Source: Kiritimatiellia bacterium (GTDB taxonomy: Bacteria > Verrucomicrobiota > Kiritimatiellia > RFP12 > UBA1067). From it: a stretch of DNA of 64,000 nt. Shown one piece after another: positions 1 through 9,386 of the stretch; within the stretch, counting starts at the first letter, position 1; every line of letters begins with the position of its first letter. Position numbers and translations under genes: made by a program. Location: positions 96,001 through 160,000 of the forward strand of contig JBMNFY010000006.1 in NCBI GenBank assembly GCA_050949565.1, in the 5' to 3' direction. Under the pieces are notes generated by a model. That model did not search any database. It was given only the letters and a program-made list of their open reading frames with translations, and was not told the DNA's origin.

Positions 1-2
1 TG

Positions 3-953
3 GTGATGGACAACCGTACCAACGGTTGCCGGATCGGCTTCGACCTGGGGGCGAGCGATTTCAAGATCAGTGCGGTCAAGAATGGCAAGGCGGTTTACAG
101 CGATGAGTTCCCATGGGATCCGCGTAACCAGACCGACCCGGATTATCACTACAACAAGTTGAACGAGGGGTTGAAGATCGCTGCGTCTAAGCTGCCGCGG
201 GTGGATGCAATCGGCGGCAGCAGCGCCGGCGTGATCGTGGACAATCGGATTCGGGTGGCTTCGCTGCTCCGTTCGATTCCGGAAGCGCGCTATGCCGAGG
301 CGCAGAACATGTTCGTCCGTCTGGCGGAGGAGTGGAAGGTGCCGATCGAGGTTGCCAACGACGGCGACGTGACGGCGTTGGCCGGTCTGATGTCGCTCGG
401 CAAGAAAGGGATTCTGGGCGTGGCGATGGGTTCAAGCGAAGCTGTCGGTTTTATCGATCGCAACGGGTGCCTGACCGGGCGTCTCTCGGAACTCGCCTTT
501 GCGCCGGTTGATCTGCATCCGGAGGCTCCGGCCGATGAGTGGTCGGGGGATATCGGTGTCGGCGCGATGTACTTCTCGCAGCAGGCGGTGAACCATTTGG
601 CGTTGAAGAAGGGCATGCGCTTCCCGGCTAAGATGGCCTTGCCGCAACGTTTGGAGCGCGTGCAGGAGCGCATGGCGGAAGGCGATGTAACGGCCCTGCG
701 GATCTACCAGAAGATTGGCCTCTACCTCGGTTACACCGTGCCGTGGTACCGTGAGTTTTACGGCTTTGACAGTATGATGATCCTCGGGCGCGTGACATCC
801 GGCGCGGGCGGGGTCATGATTCTGGAGACGGCGCGGCTGATTCTTGCGGATCAATTCCCGGAAATCGCCGAGCAGGTGGAAGTGTTTATGCCGGACGAGA
901 AGGCGCGCCGGGTTGGCCAATCGGTGGCGGCGGCCTCCCTGCCCGTGCTGTAA
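3..953 (+). CDS. ROK-family sugar kinase-like protein (5' end probably lies before the window)
   Basis: GFDLGASDFK phosphate-1 motif, ANDGDVTALAG and GVAMGSSEAVG ROK-type motifs; ORF is open from the window edge. Confidence 0.8.
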   Translation: MMDNRTNGCRIGFDLGASDFKISAVKNGKAVYSDEFPWDPRNQTDPDYHYNKLNEGLKIAASKLPRVDAIGGSSAGVIVDNRIRVASLLRSIPEARYAEAQNMFVRLAEEWKVPIEVANDGDVTALAGLMSLGKKGILGVAMGSSEAVGFIDRNGCLTGRLSELAFAPVDLHPEAPADEWSGDIGVGAMYFSQQAVNHLALKKGMRFPAKMALPQRLERVQERMAEGDVTALRIYQKIGLYLGYTVPWYREFYGFDSMMILGRVTSGAGGVMILETARLILADQFPEIAEQVEVFMPDEKARRVGQSVAAASLPVL

Positions 954-960
954 GTCGCGG

Positions 961-1060
961 GAGGCTCTTGCCCCCCCTCGTGGCATGGGCGTCCCGCCCA
1001 TGGAACACGGGCAAGATGCCCGTGCCACACCTCGCAAGCAAGGGGTTTTACAAGAGTCTC
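961..1060. repeat. Repeat family A: ~100-bp element with GAGGCTCTTGC...CAAGAGTCTC terminal inverted repeats enclosing a REP-like doublet
   Basis: Core GTGGCATGGGCGTCCCGCCCATG-GAA-CACGGGCAAGATGCCCGTGCCAC; full copies at 29134-29234 (reverse) and 45164-45265; core-only or half copies at 16478-16500 and ~35717-35763. Confidence 0.9.
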
Positions 1061-1093
1061 ACTGTTGTTACGGAAGGAAAGGACGAGAGAAAC

Positions 1094-1936
1094 ATGAAAT
1101 TGACGAATGCGACGGCGGACATCTTTGTCCCCGACGGGACTCCGCTTGAGGCGGCGCTGGCACGCACAACCCATCTGGGGATCGGCGCACACCAGGATGA
1201 TCTGGAGTTTATGACGGTGCATGGCATCCTGACCTGTTTCGGCCAGCCGGACAAATCGTATTGCGGGGTGACCTGCACCGATGGCGCGGGCAGTTCGCGT
1301 AGCGGGGTTTATGCCGCCTACACCGATGATGAGATGAAGGCGGTGCGGCGCGTCGAGCAGCGTACTGCGGCGATGGTGGGGCGTTACGGCGCTATACTGC
1401 AACTTGATTTCACCAGCAAGCAGGTCAAGGCGCAGGACAATACGCCGTTGGTGAATGACCTGTACGAGATTCTGATGGCGACGCGTCCGCAGACGGTCTA
1501 CACGCATGCGCCTTCCGACAAGCACGACACGCATGTCGGCGTGACGCGCGCCGCGATCGCGGCGATCCGGCGCATGCCGGTCGCCGACCGTCCGCAGCAG
1601 GTCTACGGGTGCGAGATCTGGCGCGATCTCGACTGGCTGCCGGATGACCGCAAGGTCGTGCTGGATGTCAGCGAACGCGCCAATATCTCGGCCGCGCTCT
1701 CCGCAGTTTTCGATTCGCAGATTTCAGGCGGCAAGCGGTATGACGAAGCGGTCATGGGACGCCGCAGAGCCCACGCCACCTTCTTCGAGTCGCATGCCGT
1801 GGATTCTGCCACGCTGTTGTCCTTCGCCATGGACCTGACTCCGGTGGTGCAAGACGACACGTTGTCGCTGGCCGCCTACACGTCCTCGCTGATCGACGCC
1901 ATGAAAGCGGATGTCGTACGGCGACTAGGCGAGTGA
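1094..1936 (+). CDS. PIG-L/LmbE-family N-acetyl-sugar deacetylase
   Basis: GAHQDDLE metal motif, TCTDGAGS, DKHDTH; ATG at 1094 follows a purine-rich RBS; the upstream ORF extension is only repeat A. Confidence 0.85.
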   Translation: MKLTNATADIFVPDGTPLEAALARTTHLGIGAHQDDLEFMTVHGILTCFGQPDKSYCGVTCTDGAGSSRSGVYAAYTDDEMKAVRRVEQRTAAMVGRYGAILQLDFTSKQVKAQDNTPLVNDLYEILMATRPQTVYTHAPSDKHDTHVGVTRAAIAAIRRMPVADRPQQVYGCEIWRDLDWLPDDRKVVLDVSERANISAALSAVFDSQISGGKRYDEAVMGRRRAHATFFESHAVDSATLLSFAMDLTPVVQDDTLSLAAYTSSLIDAMKADVVRRLGE

Positions 1937-1940
1937 GGAG

Positions 1941-1961
1941 CAATCGGGTGGTGACAGGGGG
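1941..1961. repeat. Repeat family H terminal inverted repeat (AATCGGTTRGTGACAGGGG-like), isolated copy
   Basis: aatcgggtggtgacagggggc resembles the copies at 17838 and 56237 and the reverse copies ending at 4578 and 35891. Confidence 0.7.
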
Positions 1962-2042
1962 CTCAGCAATGAACCCTGAAACCATCCTTCCGCACAGCGG
2001 AAGGCGGCTCGTGGGGACACTCGCCCTCCATTGTCGCGCCCT

Positions 2043-2178
2043 ACACTTAGTCCCTGCACTTCGTCGCTTACACTTCGTCCAAACACTTCGTCGCGAGCAC
2101 AATCGACTAAGACGACTAAGCGTTTTCGACTAAGTGTGGCGACTAAGTGTTTCCGACTAAGTGTGACGATTAAGTGTT
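2043..2178. repeat. Repeat family K: inverted tandem array, ~4x CACTTMGTC followed by ~6x GACTAAG(TG), period ~12-14 bp
   Basis: Read directly from the sequence; related arrays at ~35459-35546 and ~60993-61032. Confidence 0.85.
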
Positions 2179-2209
2179 TTCGCGGAGAGAGAGAATTTGA
2201 GGAGAAAAT

Positions 2210-3313
2210 ATGTCAACTGACCAAAATGCATTACGCGACGTGTTTACCGGGTTTTATGCTTGGGGGGATTTTGTATCGGCCGAGCCGTACGGCACCGGCC
2301 ATATCAATGACACCTACCGTGTCCAGACTAGTCTGGCCGGTACGCCCGTGCATTACCTGATGCAGCGCATCAACCACGACATCTTCAAGCAACCGGACGG
2401 CGTGATGGATAACATCGTGCGCGTCACCCATCATCTGCGGGCCAAGATGGCGGGGGCACCCGACGCATCGCGCAGAGCATTGACCGTCATTCCCGCGCGG
2501 GTGGATGGACGCCCTTGGGTACGTGACCGCATCGGCAACTGGTGGCGTCTCTATCTCTTCATCGAGCGGGCGCGCACGTATGATGTGATTGAAGACGCGC
2601 GTCAGGCATTCGAAGCGGCGCGTGCGTTCGCACGCTTCCAAAACCTGCTCGCGGATTTGCCCGCGCCGAGGCTGAACGAGACCATTCCGGCCTTTCACAA
2701 TACGCTCTCGCGTTTGGATGCGCTGGATGCCGCGATTCAGGCCGACGCCTTTGGACGCAAGGCTGAGGTCGCGGCGGAGATCGAGTTTGTCAAAGAGCGG
2801 CGTTCACGCTGTGGGCACTTGCTCGAACGCCACGCACGCGGTGAGATCCCGGAACGCATCACGCATAACGATACCAAGATCAACAACGTGATGCTGGACG
2901 ATGAAACGGGCGAGGGCGTCTGTGTGATCGATCTCGACACGGTGATGCCGGGACTCGCGCTCTACGACTTTGGCGATATGGTGCGCACCGCGACGGCTTC
3001 GGCGCTCGAAGACGAGCGCGATCTTTCAAAGGTCAGTTGCCGCATGGAGATGTTTGAGGCGCTGACGCGCGGTTATCTTGAAGGCGCGAACTTCCTGTTG
3101 CCGGCCGAGCGCGAGGAGCTGGTGTTTTCCGGACAGTTGATTACGCTGACGATCGGTATCCGCTTTTTGACGGACTATCTGTCAGGCGACGTCTATTTCC
3201 GTACACACCGCCCGGGCCATAATCTCGACCGTTGCCGCACCCAGTTCAAAATGGTGAGCAGCATGGAAGAGCAGGCGGCGGCGATGGAAGAGATTGTACG
3301 CGCGGTGGGATGA
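2210..3313 (+). CDS. Aminoglycoside-phosphotransferase-fold kinase (N-acetylhexosamine 1-kinase-like)
   Basis: GTGHINDTY, THNDTKINN (Brenner-type motif), IDLDTVMPG; GAGGAG RBS. Confidence 0.85.
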   Translation: MSTDQNALRDVFTGFYAWGDFVSAEPYGTGHINDTYRVQTSLAGTPVHYLMQRINHDIFKQPDGVMDNIVRVTHHLRAKMAGAPDASRRALTVIPARVDGRPWVRDRIGNWWRLYLFIERARTYDVIEDARQAFEAARAFARFQNLLADLPAPRLNETIPAFHNTLSRLDALDAAIQADAFGRKAEVAAEIEFVKERRSRCGHLLERHARGEIPERITHNDTKINNVMLDDETGEGVCVIDLDTVMPGLALYDFGDMVRTATASALEDERDLSKVSCRMEMFEALTRGYLEGANFLLPAEREELVFSGQLITLTIGIRFLTDYLSGDVYFRTHRPGHNLDRCRTQFKMVSSMEEQAAAMEEIVRAVG

Positions 3314-3333
3314 ATGAATAGCGGAGCATAGTC

Positions 3334-4191
3334 ATGAACAAGACATCCAATAAAATCGTTCTGGCGCTGTTGGCGCTCATCTCGTTCTCGTTTCTGGCGG
3401 TCGCCGCCGAGCCGAACATATCCGTGTTTGCGAATTTTGTCCGGCGGGTCTCAAAAGAGCGTAACATCTCCCTTGGCGAGGCTGCGGAACGGCTGTATGC
3501 GCTCGGGGTGCGTGGTGTCGATGCGGGACCCTACGAGAAGGACCTTGATCAGTTGGCGGCGACGCCGCTCAAAATCATCAACTTCTACTACTTTGCGCCG
3601 ATGTTCGACGACTCGAAGTTTCCAGAGGACGCTAAGCGCTGCCTTGATCTTGCCGTTAAATACGGGGTGCCGCGGATTATGGTCATTCCGCCGAACTTTA
3701 CCGCAGACGGGGACGAGGCGGCGGAATTTGACATCATCCTCGCAAAGATGAAGGACTTCACCGCGCAAGCCGGAAAACTCGGAATCAAAGTGACCGTTGA
3801 GGATTTCGGTGGACCCCAAAACGCCTGTTCGCACACGAAATACCTGCGCCGTTTTCTGGATGAAATCCCGGAAATCGGGTTCGCCCTTGACTCCGGGAAT
3901 CTATATTACGCTGGCCGTGGGGAATCTATTCTCGAACTCATGGAGTATGCGAAGGACCGCGTTGCTCACATCCACCTTAAGGACCAGCCGAAGGAGAACA
4001 ACCGGGCGTATGTGACGTTGGGACTTGGAGCCGTGCCGAACGAGGCCATTGTCACGGCGATGGCCCGGGCCGGTTACACAGGCTGGTACACGCTGGAGAA
4101 TCCCGTCGGAGATACCTACACGGATACCGTGCGCCAGACGGCCGTTCTCAAGTCGTGGCTGGAGGCCGCGAAAGCGCCGCCGACTCAATGA
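3334..4191 (+). CDS. Exported sugar-phosphate isomerase/epimerase (AP-endonuclease-2 TIM barrel)
   Basis: Signal peptide; VEDF, LDSGN, HIHLKD and TLEN metal motifs. Confidence 0.8.
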   Translation: MNKTSNKIVLALLALISFSFLAVAAEPNISVFANFVRRVSKERNISLGEAAERLYALGVRGVDAGPYEKDLDQLAATPLKIINFYYFAPMFDDSKFPEDAKRCLDLAVKYGVPRIMVIPPNFTADGDEAAEFDIILAKMKDFTAQAGKLGIKVTVEDFGGPQNACSHTKYLRRFLDEIPEIGFALDSGNLYYAGRGESILELMEYAKDRVAHIHLKDQPKENNRAYVTLGLGAVPNEAIVTAMARAGYTGWYTLENPVGDTYTDTVRQTAVLKSWLEAAKAPPTQ

Positions 4192-4277
4192 GTCTTGCAA
4201 GAATGCAGGCGCGAAGACGCGGAGATTTTGCCTTCGCCTTGCGCTTATCCTTTACAACCCCGCAGGTCTGGCGAACG

Positions 4278-4578
4278 GATTTGGAGTGTGGGGTGTGCGA
4301 AGGTCATGCGTTTCTGGTGAAGGAGTTATGCATGGCAAGGGAGGGCAGGACGTCGCGGATCACCCACCGGCCCAAAGGGCCGGATGCACCATAGCCCGGG
4401 GCTGCGCTCCGCTTGCCCCGGGCTATGGTGAGGCCACCCCTTCGGGGCTTGGGCTCCGCGCACAGCGCGGGAAAAAACGCTCGACGTTCAATTTTCAGCG
4501 GGCGGGGACGCCCGCGCTCCCGACTGCGCACACACAAAACACGCACTTGACTCGCATGCCCCCTGTCACTAACCGATT
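4278..4578. repeat. Mosaic repeat cassette: degenerate H-left, family F palindrome (4367-4428), heptamers, family C REP plus H-right (4498-4578)
   Basis: 4367-4428 matches the reverse complement of 21569-21630; 4498-4578 matches 35811-35891 at 77/81 nt; ~4294-4321 matches ~56257-56284. Confidence 0.9.
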
Positions 4579-4674
4579 ACAAACTAGGAATAATGGGAGC
4601 TTGTCGGATCTGGCAGGGATAGGTTATGATTTCACGCTTCTGTTATCGCTACATTCCTAAGGGAGCGTAATGTT

Positions 4675-6018
4675 ATGAGGATCACTTTTCCGTCTGTGTG
4701 GATTCTGGGAGTCTTGTGCATGGTGTTTGCGGCGCATAGTGCGCCGGAGTACCGTCAGATTCAAGCGCAAGAGGTGCGCACGCGTGGTGGCATCGGGCAT
4801 ACGATGGCTAAGATCAACGCCGGGCAGGAGGTGACGGTCGCCTATCTGGGCGGTTCGATCACTGCGATGAACGGCTGGCGCAACAAGACGACGGAGTGGC
4901 TGCAAACAACCTATCCCAAGGCAAAGTTCAAGGAGGTGCATGCGGCGATCGGTGGCACAGGCAGCGATCTCGGTGTCTTCCGTTTGGGACGCGACGTGCT
5001 CGCCCATCGTCCCGACCTGCTTTTCGTGGAGTTTGCCACGAACGACGGCGGTACGGCTCCGGAGCAGATTTGGCGCAGCATGGAGGGCATCGTGCGCCAG
5101 ACCTGGAAGCAAGATCCGCAGACCGACATTGTTTTCACCTACACGATTACGACCGCGTTCACCAATGACTACTGCAAAGGGCTGTGCAATCGCTCCGCTT
5201 CGGCGATGGAGTTGTTGGCCGATCATTACGCGATTCCCTCCATTAATTTCGGGCCGCGCGTGGCCGCCTTAATCAACGAGAACAAGCTGATCATGGACGC
5301 GAAGGTGATCGAGACTGCCGTGCCTAAAGAGTCGGCGGACCGCGACCGTTTGATCCGTGAGCGTATCGCGGCAGATCCGCGCCTGCTTTTCGCCAATGAC
5401 GGCGTGCATCCGCGCGACGAGGGACACGATCTCTACAAGGCCTCGATCATTGAGGGCCTGACGCAGATGAAGAACATGCCGCCCGTCGACCGGGCATCGA
5501 AACTTGCCGTGCCGTTTGTCGCTGACCATTGGGAGGCGGCCAAGATGGTGCCGATCACACGCGCCATGCTGAGCGGCGAGTGGACCGCATTGCCGCCGGA
5601 GGATGGCAAGCAGAAGGCTTTCGGTGCCCGCATGGGTCAGATTTGGACCGCCGAAAAGCCGGGCAGCGCGTTGCACTTCCGCTTCAAAGGCCGAATCGCG
5701 AAGATCTACGATCTGCTCGGCCCCGATGGCGGTCAGGTGATTATCACGGTCAACGGCCAGCGTAGCACCACCAAGCCGGTACCGCGTTTTGATAGCTATT
5801 GCACCTATCACCGCATCGCCACGCTTGGTGTGGTGTGGGACGGCAACGATCCGCAGCAGGTCCATGACGTGACGGTCGAGATCTATCCCGAACAGCCCGA
5901 CCGCAAGAGCGTGGCGTTCCGTCTCAAAGATCCTGACACGGAACTTAAGTCGCCGAAATATCAAGGCACCCGTGTCTGGGTCAGCCAACTCATGCTGATC
6001 GGAGATCTTGTAGAATAG
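4675..6018 (+). CDS. Exported SGNH/GDSL hydrolase (carbohydrate esterase-like)
   Basis: YLGGSIT, AAIGGTGS, EFATND and DGVHP blocks; signal peptide. Confidence 0.85.
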   Translation: MRITFPSVWILGVLCMVFAAHSAPEYRQIQAQEVRTRGGIGHTMAKINAGQEVTVAYLGGSITAMNGWRNKTTEWLQTTYPKAKFKEVHAAIGGTGSDLGVFRLGRDVLAHRPDLLFVEFATNDGGTAPEQIWRSMEGIVRQTWKQDPQTDIVFTYTITTAFTNDYCKGLCNRSASAMELLADHYAIPSINFGPRVAALINENKLIMDAKVIETAVPKESADRDRLIRERIAADPRLLFANDGVHPRDEGHDLYKASIIEGLTQMKNMPPVDRASKLAVPFVADHWEAAKMVPITRAMLSGEWTALPPEDGKQKAFGARMGQIWTAEKPGSALHFRFKGRIAKIYDLLGPDGGQVIITVNGQRSTTKPVPRFDSYCTYHRIATLGVVWDGNDPQQVHDVTVEIYPEQPDRKSVAFRLKDPDTELKSPKYQGTRVWVSQLMLIGDLVE

Positions 6019-6021
6019 CGC

Positions 6022-7374
6022 ATGCGTGTAGAAAAAAACAGTTCGGTTTCGGCAGGCTTTATCAGCCTCGGGTGCGCCAAGAATCTCGTGGATTCACAGG
6101 TGATGGCGGGCTATCTCAAGCATGGCGGGGTTGCGCTCGCGCCCTCGCCTGAAACGGCGGACGTGATTCTCGTCAACACCTGCGCGTTTATCGAAGCGGC
6201 TCGCGAAGAGGCGGCGGACGCGATTCTGGAAGCTTGCGAGTACAAGCGCGAAGGCGGATGCCGCGCGGTGGTCGTGACCGGTTGCATGGTGCAGCGCTAC
6301 CGCGAACGCATGCAGAAAGCCTTCCCGGATGTGGATGCGTTTCTGGGAGTGGACGAACTGGAGCGGGTCTCCGAGGTCGTGCGTCAGGCGGCGGCCGGGG
6401 AGCCGGCCGGTGTGGTCGTGGCGCGTGGCGAAGCGCATAAAGTGTATACGCCGCTCTATCCCACGTTGCTCTTCACCGGCGGGCCGTTCGCCTATCTCAA
6501 AATTGCGGAGGGGTGCAGTCACCGCTGCGCCTATTGTGCGATCCCGAAGATCCGCGGGCGTTTCCGTTCGCGCGGTGCGGATGAACTGCTGGAAGAAGCG
6601 CGCAGCATGGTCGCGGCCGGCGTTAAAGAGATCAACCTGATTGCGCAGGACTCACTGCGCTACGGCACGGATCGCAAAGACGGCGCGACCTTGACCGGAT
6701 TGCTGCGTCGTCTGGATGCGCTGGAGGGCGAGTTCTGGTTGCGCGTGCTCTACGGCCATCCGGCCAGCGTCTCCGATGAGTTGCTGGAACTGCTGAACGG
6801 CTCCCGCCACGTTTGCCGCTACCTCGACCTGCCGGTGCAGCACAGCCACCCGGACGTCTTGCGCGCCATGAACCGCGGCAAGGCGGTCGACGCGATCTTG
6901 GATCTGCCACAGCGCTTGCGGCAGGCGGTGCCGGGGATCGTGTTGCGCACCACCTGTCTGGTGGGATTCCCCGGTGAAACCGAAACGCATTTCGAACATC
7001 TGTTGGAGTATGTGAAACAGGCGAAGTTCGATCACCTCGGCGTTTTTGTCTATTCACCGGAAGAGGAGACCGCAGCATTTGAGATGGCGGACGTGCCCGA
7101 ACTGGAGGTCGCGGAATCGCGCCGGGAGCGGTTGATGGCGGCACAGCGGGCGATTGTGGATGAACGGGCGCGCGCGCTTGCGGGCAGTACGGATACGGCG
7201 CTGTTGCTGCATCGTACGCGCGGCGCCTGGATCGGCCGATTGGCACGGCAGGCTCCGGAGGTGGACGGCGAGACGCGCGTGACCGGCGTGCCGTCTGATG
7301 CGCGGCCAGGAACTTTTGTGCCGGTACGTGTGACCGGCGGTAACGGATATGATCTGAAAGCACAGGTAATCTAA
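6022..7374 (+). CDS. rimO: Ribosomal protein S12 methylthiotransferase
   Basis: SLGCAKNLVDS, VNTCAFI, radical-SAM CSHRCAYCAIP, C-terminal QAPEVDG. Confidence 0.95.
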   Translation: MRVEKNSSVSAGFISLGCAKNLVDSQVMAGYLKHGGVALAPSPETADVILVNTCAFIEAAREEAADAILEACEYKREGGCRAVVVTGCMVQRYRERMQKAFPDVDAFLGVDELERVSEVVRQAAAGEPAGVVVARGEAHKVYTPLYPTLLFTGGPFAYLKIAEGCSHRCAYCAIPKIRGRFRSRGADELLEEARSMVAAGVKEINLIAQDSLRYGTDRKDGATLTGLLRRLDALEGEFWLRVLYGHPASVSDELLELLNGSRHVCRYLDLPVQHSHPDVLRAMNRGKAVDAILDLPQRLRQAVPGIVLRTTCLVGFPGETETHFEHLLEYVKQAKFDHLGVFVYSPEEETAAFEMADVPELEVAESRRERLMAAQRAIVDERARALAGSTDTALLLHRTRGAWIGRLARQAPEVDGETRVTGVPSDARPGTFVPVRVTGGNGYDLKAQVI

Positions 7375-9386
7375 TGGATACGACTTCTTTTATTCAAGAT
7401 TTGGCCGTCGTTTTGGTTGCGGCGGGCGCGGTTGCGGCACTCTTCACCTATATTGGTTGGCCCAAAGTCATCGGGTATATCTTGGTCGGTGCTGTGGTCG
7501 GCAAATACACCTTTGGTGGCTCCCTGGTCATCAATCAGGGCAGCATCGAGGTGCTCGGACAGATCGGTGTGATCTTTCTGATGTTCACGCTTGGTCTGGA
7601 ATTCAGCGTTCAGAAACTCAAGAAGGTGGGACACGTCATCTTCCCGACTGCACTACTCGACATGGCGGTCATGATCTGGGCCGGCCACTTTGTCGGCACC
7701 AAGATCTTTGGGTGGGGGACGGTGCAGAGCCTTTTCCTAGGCGCGGCAATCAGCGACTCCGCAACGACGATGCTGGCCAAGACGATCAATGAAATGGGGT
7801 GGGGGGGACGCCGCTTCACCCGATACATCTTCGGCATCACGATCACTGAAGACATCATGTGCGTCGGCCTCATTGCCCTGCTGACCGGCCTCGTGAAATC
7901 GGGAAGCTTGCAGTTCAGCGCGATGCTGCACAGCATGGGCGGGCTTGTGCTCTTTATGACCGGCGTTATCGTGTTCGGCCTGTTGCTTGTGCCGCGCCTG
8001 TTGAATCGCGTCGCCCGGCTGAAGGATGATGAATCGCTGTTGCTGACGATGCTGGGCATTTGCTTCCTCGTTTCGTTCATCGCCGCGCGGCTCGATTACA
8101 ATCTGGCGCTGGGCGCGTTTCTGGTCGGCGTGATGGGCGCGGAGTCCGATGCGGTGAGACGCATCTATCATCTCTGTCAGCCGTTGCGCACGATGTTCAG
8201 TGCGATCTTTTTCGTCACGATCGGCCTGTTGATCGAGCCGGCTCAGATGTGGGCTAACGGGGCGGCGATCATCGGTGTTTCGCTGTTGGTGATCGTCGGC
8301 AAGGCCATCAACTGCACGGTCGGTTCGTTGCTGACCGGTCAGGATCTGAAAAACTCGATCCAGACAGGTATCGGCCTGGGGCAGATCGGCGAGTTCGCCT
8401 ATCTTGTGGCGCTGATCGGGTTGTCGATTGATGCGGTCGACTCATCGCTCTACCAGATCGCGGTCGGGGTGTCGGTCCTGACCACGATCGTGAATCCCTT
8501 CCTGTTGCGCGCATCCGATCCCTTCGCAGATTGGGTTGTGCGCAAGACTCCCGCGCGCTGGAAGGAGTATCTCGATACCTATGCCAATTGGACCGAGCGT
8601 TTCCTGCACAGCTCGGTGCCGAGCGACAAAGGGCGCTCGTTGCGTTTCAATCTGGTCATGCTGCTGTTGCACATGGCGCTGGTGGCGGTGGTGTATATTG
8701 CTGCGGGACTGTTGGCGCAGTTGGATTTCACGCGCTTTTCGCCGTGGATTGAAGCGAACAAGAAAATCCTGCTCTGGGGAACGGCTAGTCTGTTGGCTAT
8801 ACCCAATGCCATCTTCACCTTCTACCGTGCAGACGCATTGAGCGTCGCCGTCACAAACGTTCTGATTCCGCCCAAAGCTCAGGAGACTTTGTGGGCGGAA
8901 TCGTTCCAGAGGCTCACGCGCGTGCTGTTCGGCGTGTCGGGCGTGATCATCCTTTTCGTTGAGATGGCGCTGCTGAGCGGATCGATCATGCCGGAAGAAG
9001 GCTGGGCGCGTGCCCTCATCGCAGTGATCCTGCTACTGACGGCGGTGTTCGGGTGGAAGTTCTTCCGGCGGCTGGGTGCAGACTCGCTGGCAACGTTGCG
9101 GGGTGTGCTGACGAAGGAGGTCGAAACCAATCCCGCCGAATCAGCCGCAGAACTTCTGGACATTCACACCGAGCGGCTCACGGTAAGCGGCAGTTCGACA
9201 GTATGCGGCCAATCGTTGCGGGCGCTCAACCTGCGGGCGCGCGTCGGCGCGAGCGTCATCGGCATCGAACGCGAAGGCGCCACGCATGTGAACCCCACTC
9301 CAGACGCGACACTTGAGGCCGGCGACGTGCTTCTGGTGCTGGGCGACAACGACCAGATCGAGCGGACCCGGAAGTTGCTGGCATGA
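7374..9386 (+). CDS. Cation:proton antiporter (CPA2/Kef-like) with C-terminal TrkA-C domain
   Basis: LMFTLGLEFS, GQIGEFAY, many transmembrane helices, RCK-C tail (LNLRARVGASVIGIER). Confidence 0.9.
   Translation: MDTTSFIQDLAVVLVAAGAVAALFTYIGWPKVIGYILVGAVVGKYTFGGSLVINQGSIEVLGQIGVIFLMFTLGLEFSVQKLKKVGHVIFPTALLDMAVMIWAGHFVGTKIFGWGTVQSLFLGAAISDSATTMLAKTINEMGWGGRRFTRYIFGITITEDIMCVGLIALLTGLVKSGSLQFSAMLHSMGGLVLFMTGVIVFGLLLVPRLLNRVARLKDDESLLLTMLGICFLVSFIAARLDYNLALGAFLVGVMGAESDAVRRIYHLCQPLRTMFSAIFFVTIGLLIEPAQMWANGAAIIGVSLLVIVGKAINCTVGSLLTGQDLKNSIQTGIGLGQIGEFAYLVALIGLSIDAVDSSLYQIAVGVSVLTTIVNPFLLRASDPFADWVVRKTPARWKEYLDTYANWTERFLHSSVPSDKGRSLRFNLVMLLLHMALVAVVYIAAGLLAQLDFTRFSPWIEANKKILLWGTASLLAIPNAIFTFYRADALSVAVTNVLIPPKAQETLWAESFQRLTRVLFGVSGVIILFVEMALLSGSIMPEEGWARALIAVILLLTAVFGWKFFRRLGADSLATLRGVLTKEVETNPAESAAELLDIHTERLTVSGSSTVCGQSLRALNLRARVGASVIGIEREGATHVNPTPDATLEAGDVLLVLGDNDQIERTRKLLA

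Noticed and set aside
2043-2178. Possible CRISPR array
   Set aside because: Units are ~9-13 bp, degenerate and inverted, with no 30-40 bp unique spacers and no cas genes
7796-7807. G-rich tract (G7 at 7801-7807) in the antiporter gene as a phase-variation site
   Set aside because: Frame is intact, the tract encodes WGG and it is short; no supporting evidence
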